Part shown: piece by piece, positions 39,901 to 54,200 of the stretch
Layout of the letters: every line of letters begins with the position of its first letter
Position numbering within the stretch: position 1 is the first letter of the stretch
Origin: Ruditapes philippinarum
Taxonomy: Eukaryota
Direction: 5' to 3'
DNA length: 58,385 nucleotides
Assembly: GCF_026571515.1 (NCBI RefSeq)
Contig: NW_026859660.1
Coordinates: 1 to 58,385 of the forward strand
Notes under the pieces: generated by a model
Told to the model about the DNA's origin: nothing
Databases searched by the model: none
The model's input: the letters and a program-made list of their open reading frames with translations, nothing else
Translations under genes and position numbers: made by a program

Positions 39901-42049
39901 TTGTTTTGACTCAACACAAAAAAGATATGTTATGCTTTAAATCCTCAAAACTATAGGTGGACACCCTGTGAATATATAGTGCCATGATTAAAAAAAGTGT
40001 TTTTATTCAAGAAAGAGCCAGCTTTACTTGACCCATTATAAGGTACGATTATTTCTAAACATAGTGCTACGTTCTTTTACTTAAATAAGACATATTTAGT
40101 AAGAATTATTCCATTGAATGTCTGCAATATAAATATTTTACTAACAGATGAGCATAATATCTCTTTGAAGAAAGCACATTTATGATGAAAATCGGCGAGT
40201 TTTTAAAACAATTGAATAGAGACCCTAATTACACCTAAAGATTCTTAAATGTAGCTGTTACAAAGGCTTGCACGGAAGAAGGGCCGTCGAAATTTTATTT
40301 CGACATTTTCTCTCTAATATCTTTCACGCGGTTTATGTTAACCATATACAAATATATATAGAACAAGTGATATTTATTAATTGTGCAATAAGTGTTACAG
40401 GTTAAGGATATGGTGACCTTCTAGCTTAACTTTACAACAGGCAGCAGCTGGTACTTGCATAGAATCACATAAGCTAGGTTGCTAGCTTCGTCAAATGAAA
40501 AAATATAATCACATGGTGAAATATACCGTATGCTCATAATGGTTAACAATGCTTTGATGGAATGCAAAACATACTCTGTTTAATTGACAAAGACTCAAGC
40601 AGGAAATGAAAGCAATTCATAGAATAAAAAATCATTTCTTATAACTCTTTCAGACAAGTCAGCCGGTAATTTTCATATTAGTATGCGGTATGCGTTATTT
40701 GTCAATGTAAATATTCTAGACAATTCCATTCACTCAATGTACTTTTTATGATACAATGTATTATCTTCTACATTGTAAGATACTTCATATAATATCAAAA
40801 TCTGACCGAGACGTTTTTTATGAGTTGTTCATATTTGTTTTCAGAATTTTTTATTGTAAGAGACATACAAGTAAGTTGGCTTATCGCCATTTTCATTCTA
40901 TCCCAAGTAAAGTGTATTTCATTGATTGTTAATAGTCAGGAATGGAAGCGTACTGATATGAAGTTATTTAGATGTTGATATTACATATTGGTTCCTAAAT
41001 GCCATAAACACCTGACTTTTGTTCCATTTATTTCTTTCGGAATTATCTTGTTTCCCAAGTGTAACTTCAATTGCTTGAAACTAATTTTGCCTTTGATCAT
41101 TTACACCATTGACTTTGCCTTGTAATTACCGCAAAAAACTTTCCGAACATGCCATTGTAAATGTTGTTAGATTTTCATCTAGTACAATGTATTAATTCAC
41201 GTTTTTTACATGGTGTAAACTATTCTGTTTGCATAGTATATTATTTTCCTACGTATCGTTTAAACACATGCAGGGTGCCTTAAAAGTGAACAAAATGTTG
41301 CTATATTCAGTCGGGGGTTACTTTCTGAGAACCTCGGTGTGCCATGGGAATCTTTGTTATTCTATTTCAAATAGTCCTGTTATAACGTGCCACGCTAATG
41401 AGGATAACATTTTAAATAGTATGTTAGTATTCAATAGAATTCATTTAAAATGTTTTACAAAATAAAACAGAATTGCTTGACGTGTACGTAATGATATAGC
41501 TGACATTTAAGAGATTAACCACTTTCCCATGGATCTTCATCAAACTTTTGACTTTTTTATAAGATTTATTTTAGTCATATACAAAAACAAATAACTGAAT
41601 AAATAAATAATGATCGTGATCATCCGGACGAATGGCGCGGAAATTATCGATTGCGTTAAGGAAAAAAAGAAAACTAAATATTATTACGTAATCTACGTAT
41701 ACAATCCTATTATATGAGATAAACATGTTGGACATTTAATTAATATTTTTAATAGTAATTAAAATTCGCTTCCACACACACTAAAAAAATATATATAAAA
41801 GTTAACAGCCGTTGGTGTTTGATGTTTGACAGTTCATTAAAATATCCAAAGCTGATTTTAAACTTATCTAAGATATGCAGGTAGAAGTAAACGAAATAAA
41901 CAAACAAACGCACACACCTGCTCTCAGGACGGGTTTTTCGAAGATTATTCGCCGCAATATTGCTTACTCAAAACTAAAAAAAAAAAAACTATATCACCTC
42001 TGTCCATTCTTTTTTTATATAACTATACATATGTGCATTGAATATTAAT

Positions 42050-43563
42050 ATACTTACAATATTAAAATATTCTGATAATTTTCTAAAGATCATGGCTTAA
42101 AACAACGGCAACAAAAACAAATAAAAATCAAAACAACTCACAGTTGATTTTCAAATGCTTTGTACAATCTGAAGTACAAAGCATATGCAATGAATGAGTC
42201 TCAAGCCTGTGGATCGATTGATTGATTCATACCTCTTTACTTAACTAAAATTTGATTTTAGGTAATAAAATCAAAGCAAATATGCAATATAAAGTTGATA
42301 TTCATTGAATACAATATTTGCTAACTGTCAATACCATCAAGACATTTTTTTTGCTGCTTTGTTGTACTGAACCATGTATACTTTCTGTTTTTAAACGTAT
42401 TTACTATGAATACAATTTACTTACCATAGTAAGTGTATAGCTTATAAGCTGTTTATGTAAATTCTTGTAATTATTTGTATACATAGATGTATATATATTT
42501 TTTGAAACAAATAAGTGCATTTCCTCATAAAATCGAATTATTTTTAATATAGAAAAGATATACAAACAACTTAAACGCAAGAGATTACAGACGATGAATT
42601 ATTTGAAGTATGAGATTCATCTACATGTTACTTGGGATTTTGCTTCTTAGACTATTTTTGACAGTTAATGTCAAACAACGCTTGTATAAGTTTTGACATA
42701 TAACACTCACTAAAAGTCGTTCATTTATATATTTCCAATTTTCATATTGTATTGATCTCAAATTTAAATCTTATCAAGTTTAGTTACTGTTAGACATATG
42801 AAACATATTGTTTATATTTCTACAACAAGAAGAAGAAATGGAAATATGACGTTATGACTGTATGCGTGTTCCTTCAAACAAAAGCGCCTATCTAGGATCG
42901 CACGAACGATTTGTCATAAACTAATGCCAATAGTACTGATGTTCGAAGATCAATAACACTTACTAACAATATCAAAACTAATGTTTCTTACTATGGCAAT
43001 GTTTAGATTGTTTTGGTTGTAAACTTATTTAACATTATAAAATATTGAAACCCTAAAAGAATAGAAATATTCAAGCCATCTGAATTTTGATTTTAATATA
43101 TCCGAAATATATTTGGCAAGCCGCTTAATCCTTTTTCGTCCTGTTTTTAACTATGGATTAACGTGTTTTAAAGTTTATGAAGCTATATATCCACTGCAAA
43201 TATTATTATTTGAATTTTTAAACTAAATACGTCTAAAAGTTTGTATGACAAACATTATAATTTATATTACATGTATTATATTGCCTTTCATGCGAATGGA
43301 GCATGGAATAAATCATTGTAAAAAGGTTAAAACACTTCTTAAATAGCAGCAGAATATTGTGTTCTGGAACATTTTTTTCTGTTTACGTACATGTGTGTTT
43401 AATGACAGAGACATTTTATGCCACAATTCTTTCAAGAATTATCAATAAGATTATGAAAGCTTAGCAATATAACTTTACTGTTCATACAATTTATAAACAT
43501 AATCCATAAGATGTACCTTTATACCTTATATTTCATGATTTTTTAAAATGTTTTTGTCCATAC
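42050..43563 (+). repeat. Second local duplication, copy 2
   Basis: Shares for example CTTCTTAAATAGCAGCAGAAT (38230 / 43335) and CAATAAGATTATG with copy 1. Confidence 0.88.
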
Positions 43564-43826
43564 AAATTACAAAAAAATATTTAAAAATAAGAGGGCGAAG
43601 TCAACAGTCTGTGTATTACAAAATACCATACTGATCAATTTATGGAATACTTTCTTTTATGATCACGTGACATAGTGTAGAACGGAGCGGTCAATTTAGC
43701 TCTTATAAGTTTTGATTGTTTTTCTAGTCTTGGATATTTTGTTTTAACTGTTTTCTGGATAAAACACTGGATTTATAGTTTAACTTTGGTAGTGAACTCT
43801 AAAAATGGAAAAACAAGCAGAAAAAA

Positions 43827-44322
43827 ATGGAGTTTAACAGGCACTTTGCATCTAGCTCTGCTGGTGTACGGGGGAATCATCATGGCGGCGGTGACGTGGA
43901 CCCACACGACTGGCATACTAAAACCAAACAAACCTCAAAAGGGCAAAGACGTTCCACAGGTGGAACCTATTATGAGCAAATAGAGAGGTGTAAGTCTGAC
44001 CTTTTTTCTATTGAACAGTTTAAATCTATTAACTTGGATGATTAACTCGTGACACTGTTTAAATGCTGACGTGTACAAACAATAACACAGATAATCTTAA
44101 TACACGTGTATCAAATGTTGAAGATGATATTGTAAATCTGTCTGATGCTAATGTGCAGCTTAATTAATAGGAGAGTCAAATCCCTTGAATATAAAAGTAT
44201 TGACGCTGAAACTCGTTACCGTAGAAATAACTTAGTTTTCCGAGGTATTAGGGAAATTCATTCATCCGAAAATTGTGATTCGCTTGTAGGATCATTTCTC
44301 CATGATAAACTTGATATTGTCC
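43827..44322 (+). pseudogene. Decayed non-LTR retrotransposon (LINE) ORF1 fragment
   Basis: Across stops and frameshifts it reads FSIEQFKSINLDD*LVTLF...LNTRVSNVE...RVKSLEYKSIDAETRYRRNNLVFRGIRE..ENCDSLVGSFLHDKLDI, a coiled coil followed by the RRNNL-x-F-x-G-I-x-E motif typical of L1-type (Transposase_22-like) ORF1. Truncated by the next element. Confidence 0.8.
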
Positions 44323-44335
44323 TTACTAGTAAGAC

Positions 44336-45273
44336 AACAAGCAAATTCGTTGAATTTATATCCCCGCCGAGTACTGGTTATTATTTACACAACAACTGAA
44401 GACATAAGGCTTTATTTCTATATTAATCATGGCATAAACAGTAATATTCTTTGAACTTGATAAATATTCAGGGCAATAACAAAGCCATAACTTTGTGTTA
44501 AATAGTACTATCTGGAAATGCCAATGAGATGTATGCATACTACATAACTAATAAAGGGCCATAAATCTGAGTTATAAGTATCTGACCTGAACAAGGCGAC
44601 CATATGCACATCTCCTCTTAGTATCCCATAAAGTTTCATTGAATTCCAGCCAGTAGTTACAGAGAAGTAGCACGGAAACGATTATTGCTCTGGTTGTATA
44701 CTGCCTAAGTTATCAAGGGTCATAACTCTAAGTTAAAATGTCTGACCCAAACAAGGCGACAATATGCGCATCTCCTCTTGGTATTGAAGGTTTCAATAAC
44801 GTTTCATTGAATTCCAGCCAGTAGTTGCAGAGAAGTAGCGCGGTAACGATATTTGCTCTATATGCATACTGCATAACTAATCAAGGGCCATTACTCTGAG
44901 TTTAAGTGTCTGACCGGAACAAGGCGACGATATGCGCATCTTCTCTTGATATTGAAGGTTCCCATAAAGTTTCATTGAATTCCAGCCATGAGTTGTAGAG
45001 AAGTAGCGCAGAAACAATTTTTTCTCTATATGCATACTGCATAACTAATCAAGGGCCATAACTCTGAGTTAAAGCGTCTGACCGGAACAAGGCAACGATA
45101 TGCGCATCTCCTTTTAGTATTGAAGATTCCCATAAAGTTTCGTTGAATTCCAGCCAGTAGTTGCAGAGAACTACTCCGGAAACGAAATTCGGACGGACGG
45201 ATGGACGGACGGACGGACGGACGGACAACGCCAAAACTATATCCCCTCCCGATTCCATCGGCGGGGGATAATA
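44336..45273 (+). mobile_element. HINE/MITE-like element with four 168-bp tandem repeats and (GGAC)n
   Basis: 5' AACAAG, subterminal TATCCCCGCCGA, units at about 44532, 44695, 44861 and 45029, (GGAC)n 45191-45226, 3' hairpin ATCCCCTCCCGAT..ATCGGCGGGGGATA. Confidence 0.9.
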
Positions 45274-46464
45274 ACACAACACTTGTAAATTGCAAAGCGA
45301 AGTGTTTTTTTTTTTCAATGAAAAGATTCATTTCTATACGAGTATGCCTTTAACGCATATACATTTTATCTGGATAATCTTCATCAAATTTTTGTTTCTG
45401 TTGAGACATCATATAAAGGATTGACAAAACAGATGCTATTGCCTTGTGGTTGCCACAAAATACTTCCCCTAAATGTTCTACAGTGTAATATTCGACGGTC
45501 ATTACATGTTGTCAGCCCTATGATATGTTTGCATATTGTTTTCTCCTACGTATTGTTTGTTTACCTGCAGGATGCCTTACAATGGACAAATATCCTGTAT
45601 ATAGCTCTTTGCTAGAACGTTATATGTTAAGAAACAATAGTAACATTTAATCATCAATAAACATTAGATTGACTGAAGGCAAATTGCATTACAAACAATT
45701 CTGCCGATTAATGTCTATTTGTATGTTTTTATTCTCCTATCATCGGAGATTATATCAAGGTAGAAGACTGATAAATAAGATTTTAATGAGTGTCAGTATC
45801 CGATTAAAGACCTGTTTGTAGATTGTTTATTTATTTGTGGAATCAATCCTTCCTGAAGATGTAGGAATATATAATAAATTGACATAAAGGGTCAACGTCA
45901 AATGCTTTTTTTTTTCGATATTGTAATATTGTGACTGATTGCATTACGGTATCTCTGGAAAATCTGATGATATTTTTAAATTTGACGTCTTACTAAATAA
46001 ATAATATTGAGCCATACATGGCATGGTGGACATTCTTACTTGATTTGGTATTACATGTATATAACGACAGAAGCAGTTCTATGATATTCTATAAACACAG
46101 ACCGGGGAATGTTAAGGATCATCTAAAAATAATTGCTATTTTTATCATATTAAAAGGTAAATTAGATATTTCTTGTACTGACAGTTGAACCTTAGTGGTC
46201 TCTTTCATATTTATCCAAAATTGCTCATGAATTTGTTGTCAACCATACGGGATAACGTTATAAACTTTGTCACAATGACAAATACCATGTGTCTTATTGA
46301 CACACTTTTCTAAATTTTTCCTCATTTCAAGATACAATATAGAAGATCTACTTCGGCTAAGTTAAAAGATTATCAGAAATTTAATTTAAATAAAAAAGAC
46401 ATCTGACACACAATACTTGGCTTTTTCAAAATTACAGTATCTGATAAAAAAACAATAAATTTCT

Positions 46465-46806
46465 TTTTGAGCAAAGTTCAACTATTTGACCTTGAAGGTC
46501 AAGGTATGTCTGATCATCTTGTAGGAGCATTCCAGGTGAATGTTTTGTCCAAGTATGAAGAAAGTTCAATTAATATATATAACAAATCTAAAGCCACATT
46601 GGTAATTTTTAGGCTTTTATCTAAGATAAAAAGGGGCATTTGTCTGTCAGGCTAACAATCAGAGTTATAAAACATAGACAGTTAAATTGTAAGTTTCAAA
46701 TCCATACCTGTAGTAGTTTTTGAGATAGCAGGACAGGACGGGGCTGGAAAAGGTGATTCCTATATAACCCCCACCCCCTGAAACTATGTTTTGTGGGGGT
46801 ATAATA
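46465..46806 (+). mobile_element. Old HINE/MITE-like remnant
   Basis: TTTGACCTTGAAGGTCAAGGT, a GGACAGGACGG tract and a terminal ACCCCCAC..GTGGGGGTATAATAA hairpin. Confidence 0.6.
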
Positions 46807-47717
46807 AGTTTATATAATTATATTTCCTGACCTTAAGAAAAATTCATTTCGGCAAAAAATTTAGGTTTCATAACATTATAATTTAAAGCGACGTCATTTT
46901 CAATTGTGGCGGTTGAGTTTAGCTGAATTGGCTTATTATGTATGTATAAAGATTGGCTGCTATAATGATCATTGACCAGTAACTGGTTATGAAAAAAAAT
47001 GTAAAAGAACTGGCTAAACGCCCACTCATTTTTCAAGTGAATGTTTACGATTCAGTCCAAATGATGTTTATAGTTCTTTATGTGAGTCGCGTATGCTATT
47101 GATAAATACAACTGAACAACACTATAAAAGATAAATAGAATTGTTGGCGGCTAAATCTAAAATTATTTTGACTTTGACATGTAGACCAACCATGTACACT
47201 TGGACGGCAAAATGTCTCTTATGATTATTTTGTAGAAAGAATACATTAATCTCCAGTTATCAGCGGTTGTTAAACAGCAATAGCATTTTAAGTGTTTTAG
47301 AGACTGATACGTAAATAGATACATGAACATGCATTTGGTCTAATCTGTTAACATTCCACTTCGTTCTTGTTCTATCCGTGACACTAGCTTATTTTATAAC
47401 TAATCTGAATACTCTATGTCCGTTGTGCAATAATACTATTCTTTATTTCCATCAAGCATTATATCAATATTAATAGCATACATGTATTTCTGTTATGGGG
47501 ATACAATTGAAAATTTGATAACTAAACATGTATATTTAATGAATTGTTTTATCTTACTGTCACATTGCTTTCAACAATTAATAATATTTGACTGATGATA
47601 TGGCTTCTTTTTCAATACAGCAACTTAAAACAGAAAAATATTGAAAATGATTATAGCCGAAATTAATGAAAATAAAATGCTTTTAAATATTTGTCTTTTG
47701 ACGTATTATATGTGATA

Positions 47718-47922
47718 TGCAGGCTTCATTGCCTCTAATCCCCTTTCAAAATTCCATTATATTTAGTTCCGCCCATTGTTTTCCCGTTTAGGGGGCAAGC
47801 ATTTTTTTTACTTGGGGCCATATGACGCTTTTCATGGAATGGCACTTACGTGTCACATTGATGGTTCAATGATAACAGCCATATAAACACATATGCGGAT
47901 GTTTCAAAATTCTAAATTGTAC
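47718..47922 (+). repeat. Dispersed repeat homologous to 27268-27478
   Basis: Shared TGCAGGCTTCAT, ATCCCCTTTCAAAATT, TTTAGTTCCGCCCATTGTTTT, GCTTTTCATGGAATGGCAC and TGCGGATGTTTC. Confidence 0.9.
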
Positions 47923-48957
47923 ATTATTTGATAAAGAAATAAAGAACTTCTGTGATTTTAAAGATTTGAATAAACAGATTTCTGCTTGCCCAAAAAAAAT
48001 GACGTGGAAGTCACGATTATTCACTTTTATATGCAAAATATATGATTGTACCAAGCATAATTTCTCTTCGAAATATTTTCTACATTCTCAACAAAGCAAG
48101 TTTGAAATTCTTAATACACTTTGTTTGATTGACAAATAATCATGCTGGCAAGAAAAAGCAATATAAACAACAAACAAACTCTTACAGACAGGCCAGTCGA
48201 TCATTTTCTGATTAGTATGCGTGTTTTGTCAATACATAAAAAATGAAAGACACTTCCTTCCAATCAATTTAGCTTCAAGAGAATAGAATGTAAACTCCAT
48301 AATAACATATCATTATTTGATCCAGACGTTTCTTTCTTAATCTAATTAGATTTGTTTTTCTAGAAATTTTCGTCTGCGATCAGAACCCTACACAATGATT
48401 TTCCTAGGCTAGTTTTAATTTTCAGACAGAAAATACCCACATTGAAAGGGTAAACTTAAATAAAGATACAATGTCAGAAATTATACTGTGATTTTCTATA
48501 CAAAACTAACACATAACTTCAATCATAAATAGGTACGTTTATTCTGTTCTTTGTCTATTTTACTTGTTATTTAATATAAAGCATTTAACTTTCATTCAAT
48601 CATTCATGTAAAACATTTCAAAGTATATGCGTACCGAGAGATTTACAAAATGCAGTGTTACATTAATACCTTACATTCATTTAGCATTTACTAAATAGAC
48701 AAAAAGAATCAGGTTATGCTACTATTTTCAACCCAATCCTGTTTCTGTTTTTCGTTGTTCATTTTTATTATGAAATAGCAATGCTATATGGAATTGGTTA
48801 AATCCTCTTATATAAAAGAAATAATTCAACATAACAAGAAAAAGAATAACAACTATTGTAACAGTTATGGATTCATATTTTATTTAGCAAAAGAACTCAT
48901 TGTATCTCTAAAGGAAACCACTGTGCATAAAATAACCCCTAGACACTTATATAACAT

Positions 48958-49141
48958 CCTGGAAACAAGGTGATCCCTCGGAAGATTTAAACACAACAAA
49001 ATTACAAGAGAATTGCAGACTCGGTTTGAATGAGTCTGTGCATGAGGGATAATGAATACATGCAACATCCCTCACGCACCCTAGCACTGGCTTTAGCGGT
49101 ATTCAATTCTCAACACTCCTAGGGATCACTTTGTCTCCAGA
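48958..49141 (-). ncRNA. Best-preserved inverted-repeat-bounded copy of the structured element
   Basis: Outer CTGGAAACAAGGTGATCCCT / AGGGATCACTTTGTCTCCAG; inner GAGAATTG/CAATTCTC, CAGACTC/GAGTCTG, TGAGGGAT/ATCCCTCA. Confidence 0.6.
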
Positions 49142-49964
49142 TTTTTGAACATTTTTTTATCAATTATAAATAAATATAAGATGTGACATTGGACAAGACC
49201 TATTAAGCTTTTGCATTCGAATTTATAAAAAGAATTGCAATAAATTGTTCTTTGATTCATTAACATTCTTTTGAATTACCAAATAAAACATATTTTATTT
49301 TCAACAAAACGACAAGATGTATTGAAAATGATCAATGTTAAATTCGCTCAAAACGGATTTCGCCGCTAAGGAGTCATTAACCTCTATTTCAGTCTTTTCA
49401 GAACATATTTTGCAATGCAATTTACTTACAATCTTCCAGAAAGCTGTTTATCAGAATTGTCGGGTTCATTTACATAATAAGATAGCCTAGTGTAGAATTA
49501 TTTGCCTTTGTAACCTATTCATAGTACACTAACCTAATAATGGGACTAGAGAATAGTACACAAATCTGATATACTAGGAATTTGTAAAATATAAGTGCAC
49601 GTTAAAGTAACATCTGTGTAGTTAATGTGGTTTCTTTATATTTTGTAACAATTTTGCTTTAAATGTTTGTTTAATTTCAAAATTTTAATGACCTTTTCCT
49701 AAGTGAATATGCTTGAACAACAGTTCGGTGACACATTCAGGTAATGTTTGTATAATAATATAAAACTACACTTTTCAAACTTTATGAAAATTATTAAATA
49801 TAAATTCACACCTTCCTAAAAGGCATTCGTAATCCATGTGTCATTTCCTGGATGTATGCACATTAAATTGAATATATTAATTGTTTGTACTAATACTCAT
49901 ATAAGTTCCCGTTATTCTAATATGTGGAAGAATATATATATGAAACACATACTAACAGATTAAC

Positions 49965-50270
49965 TTAAAATGGGCGGAGAACCTACCAACTAAAATGGCT
50001 GAAATTAAATTCAGTAATAAAGAATAACTGTTTTATTGTGAAAGAGAATACATGTAAATATCAAACACATAGATAACATTCTACAGGGTCAAATTTAAAA
50101 TTGGCGGACAACCTTCAATTGAGGTGGCTGGAAATACATTTGTATATATCAAACACACATATAATTTTCTACAGAGTCAAATTTTTAAATTGGCGGACAA
50201 CATTCAATTGAGATGGCTGGCAATACATTCCCCGCACGGTTTCAGGAATAAAGAATAACTATTTTACTGT
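49965..50270. repeat. Short tandem repeat, about 90-bp unit x3
   Basis: AAAT(T/G)GGCGGA..AAC..CAA..TGGCTG at about 49968, 50098 and 50187; ATATCAAACACA twice; AATAAAGAATAACT twice. Confidence 0.75.
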
Positions 50271-50978
50271 ACTTTCAAAAACAGTATACTCAATTGTCGC
50301 TTTGATTATTAAGCTTCCTCGATGGCCTTTACACAAGGACAAACATATATTTTTATGTGTGCTAGATATTAATGTTATTTTCATCAACATACACGTAAAT
50401 GCTGGTAAAGTGAATTATGAAAATCTATTTAGACGGATATGATATAGTTTCTTATACGCCCAAATCTATCAACGTATATTGTCATCGAACTGATAACACG
50501 TTCTGCTGTTAGCACTTTCGTGCTCTTTGATCTAGCCGATGAAAGGTCTCAGGGAACGGACATGTTTTCCGTAATAAGAAGATACAGAGATTTGACGTTT
50601 ATTTTCAGTTATTCATTTGCCAATTATCAGTCGTAAAAGAGAATAAGCATTTTATGCTAATATATAATTAAAGAATTATTTTCTTTGTAGTTATGAGGGA
50701 CGAAGTAAAAGACCCTGTGAATTGAATATTATATCTAATCTGCTGGCGATATGAAACGTTAACATACATATTCCCACTTATCATTTAATATCTGTCTGTG
50801 GCACTTTCTTATCAATTAGGAATCCAGTGTCTTATACATCCTTTAAGAATTAATGATGTGTTTTATTTCTTTCAGGCATGATATTGCTATTATATTTCAG
50901 TCATGACAATATATCTGGCAATTTGATTACTGTAGATTTAATAATAGTTGCTGTAGTTCTGTCAGTTTGATAGCAAGG

Positions 50979-51228
50979 TGTTATATGAACGCAACCCTCA
51001 TATGACCCAGCAACAAGAACCAATGGTAAGGAGCCCAGGCGGACCCCAAACAAAAACAGGACAGGGCAAAGACAGAGCACGGACAGGTTAATCATTTAAA
51101 TGATAAATAATTTGCAACTGATTAGGAATTCAAAGGAAATAATAATAGGCCCAAAAGGATATGATTCCTTATACTCGAAGTCTTTGATAATACCACTTTA
51201 TTTTAAACTTCACTATAAACAGGTTACA
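50979..51228 (-). mobile_element. Possible solo LTR
   Basis: TGTTATA...GTTACA termini, AATAAA on the minus strand, GC-richer pyrimidine-rich U5-like end. No target-site duplication visible. Confidence 0.35.
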
Positions 51229-54200
51229 GACAGAAATAAATAATCTACTTATATGTCTCAAACAGGTAAAGCCAGAAAATGCAAATAAAAGTATATACTT
51301 AATGCTTTTACGATTTACAATAGTGCACAATCTACAGTTTAAACGTATAATACTTTTTCAAATTGATATTAATTTTAAGAATCACTTAAAAGATACCATT
51401 GTAATATTATTTTAAGTGCTTTAAAATTATGTTTTGCGAGTAAAAAGTCATTTGTTTTGAATCATGACCCCAGACACTGTTATGTTCTCTGCATTCAAAA
51501 CGTGCACCATTCACAAAATTAGATATCGCTTTTAAACTTAAGCTTCCTCATCTAACCTTAGTTCTATATCTTCTCATCTCTATTCATTGTCAAATACTCC
51601 GTCGTTTGGTACATATCAGTTTAAATGAGCTAAAGATATCATTATAAGAGAATTAACAATTTGACTTAAACATCAACAACTTCATTACAAGAACAAGACT
51701 CAATTATTATAAAAAAAAGAAATGTTAAGATGTCTGTATCTGTCATTTTCACCTTTTAATTATGTGTAACTGGCCTAATGGGGACGTTGACATGTTTTAC
51801 ACAACACTTGTTATTAGGATATAAGATGTCTTATGCAGATCTTCATTTCTAAGAAGTCATTTTCAGCAAGGTGATATGGGGCTTGAGTCAAAGCCATTGT
51901 AAATATTTCTAGAATCATGTCCAAATCAATCCGACGTTATTCACTATAATTTATTATATTATTACCGTGTTGACTGTTTAGCTCGCATTTATAATAGCAA
52001 TGTATTTACAAGTTTTAAAGGGTCTTTAAACATTGAAATGATAAAAAAGATTATCGTTTTGAAAGCTCAAATACCTGGAAACCAAATTTGTTTGTATTCA
52101 GCAGACAATTTATCAGGCTTTTACTGGATCATTCCGATTGGAAAAAAAATCTTATGTCCAACATAGTGAATGGTATTTAGTTTGAAGTGCGTCATTATTC
52201 AGACAAAACTATCTTTCAAAAAGGCCCAAGAATGTCTGACATGATACGGAATTCAAGTAGCAACAACTAATTATAGTTATCATTCTTAAGTACGACAGAA
52301 AATAAACGATGGTAAAGTTACAAAAAATAATTTACTTCAGAAAAGCAGAACGTACAAAAAACAAAATGGTAAGCTGATGCCATATGAGTGCTTTTATATA
52401 TTTTGGCTTAGAACGTGGTGTAAAATGTGCATTAAAACTGTTAGTTCCCAAGTTAGCAAACAAAGCCTTCAAATTTCCATTAGAAAATCACTTCCTTCAA
52501 ATATTTACAGTAAAAAATTGGTTTTTACATTCCAATGCTTTATATTTGTTCTACTTGTAATTCATTGTGCAATTCAATAATAATACTGTTTGTTTGTGGT
52601 CTCACGTGGATAAGAAGTTTTCATTTCAGGTACAAATTCCTTGTACAAACCAGGCAGAAAAATGAATTTAAACTGATCTTAAAAAGTATAACGCTCTATT
52701 TACAAAAAAAATATTGACAGTAAAATATATTGCTTTCATAACATTTTGCATGTTTTTTGTAAGAGGTTGCTACATTAGATGTCTCTGTAAGCATTCTAAA
52801 TAACACAGTTGAATATTGTTCGTAAACAGAATAAATTGTTACGGAACAATATATTATGCTGCTATTGTTGTATAGGGGCTTATCCCTAACTCTGTAACCT
52901 TATAACAACTTTAAATATTAAATGAATTATAGAATGTGATTATAAATAATTTTAAATTTGTAGAATCACCAACCATAATGAGCTTACTGTAAATACAAAA
53001 ATAAGAACGAATCAAAGATAAACAAGACTTTTTTTCTTTAATTTGATATAAGGGTACTAACATAAATTAATGTTTATAACCTAGAAACCATACTAATGTG
53101 CTGCTTCCCGATATACACCAGACACATTTATCTTACTTAAATAGCATTATGGCAAATCTGAAAGTTACAGATATTCATGAAATAGTCTTTTTCAGTAATG
53201 TTGGGAATAATCTCTTATAGTTACTCTTAAGTTTATTACATACAACCATGATTAAGACGTTAAAGCTTGAAAATAAATGATAATATGTTACAACTGTTCC
53301 GTAATTATTTAGATAAACAAACATTACAAAATTACAGTCCCAACAAAATATATTTTCTAACATTTTTGTAACATATCTGAGAATAAAAAAGAAAAAAGGA
53401 TTACTTGAGATACCTTGATAGATATAAGAACGAACGAATTTATATGTGAAAAGTGCACATTCGGCTTAAAAAAATTGTCAGCGAAAGACACTAGGAGATC
53501 CACCATTTCACACGCCTCCGCCTTACACATTATTCAGTACAAATAAGTATTACAATCAATGACCTCAAAAATGGGATAGTAGTCAATATGCAGGTGTGTA
53601 ATACTCACTAAATGAAGATTTTAACAGTATTGTTTCATAATATATCTTATTTTTTCTGCAACTTTTGAATAGTGTTTGTTGAAGTCGTATATAAGGCAAC
53701 ACTTTCTCATTAATATATACATAACCAATCTGCAATAATATATTTCTTGGTCATATACTGACTGTTGTATTACAGTTAACCAAAAAAAAACAAAAACTTT
53801 ACAATACTAAAAATATTTGTAAATACATGTGCATGGTTTGATATAACTTGACTAAAATACATTAGAACTTTGTAGATTTGTATTAAAGATGTGTATTGTA
53901 GTTGTGTATTGCAATATTACAACAGTGTCTTGCAATATAAGAGTATTTGATCAACAAAAACTTTATGAAATAATTTTATAATTGTATAGAAGAGAGCAGA
54001 AACACGAGAATATATAAATACATGCAAACTTTCACTATGCAATTGTTGTTTGAATGTTATAAATTGCATCATGTTTAAGCATAAATAAAATGTTGCAATC
54101 ATGAAAAAAATTATAATTATGACAGCCCCCATGACGTATTCTTGTTACATTAAAAATACAGTTGGAAATTGTATTATCTTATCAGACGCAAGCAGGACAT

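Noticed and set aside
40405-40500. Minus-strand SINE fragment
   Set aside because: Too decayed to support beyond a vague resemblance to the 11018-11124 family.
44532-45190. CRISPR-like array
   Set aside because: Whole 168-bp units repeat with no unique spacers, no cas genes are present, and the context is a eukaryotic transposon.
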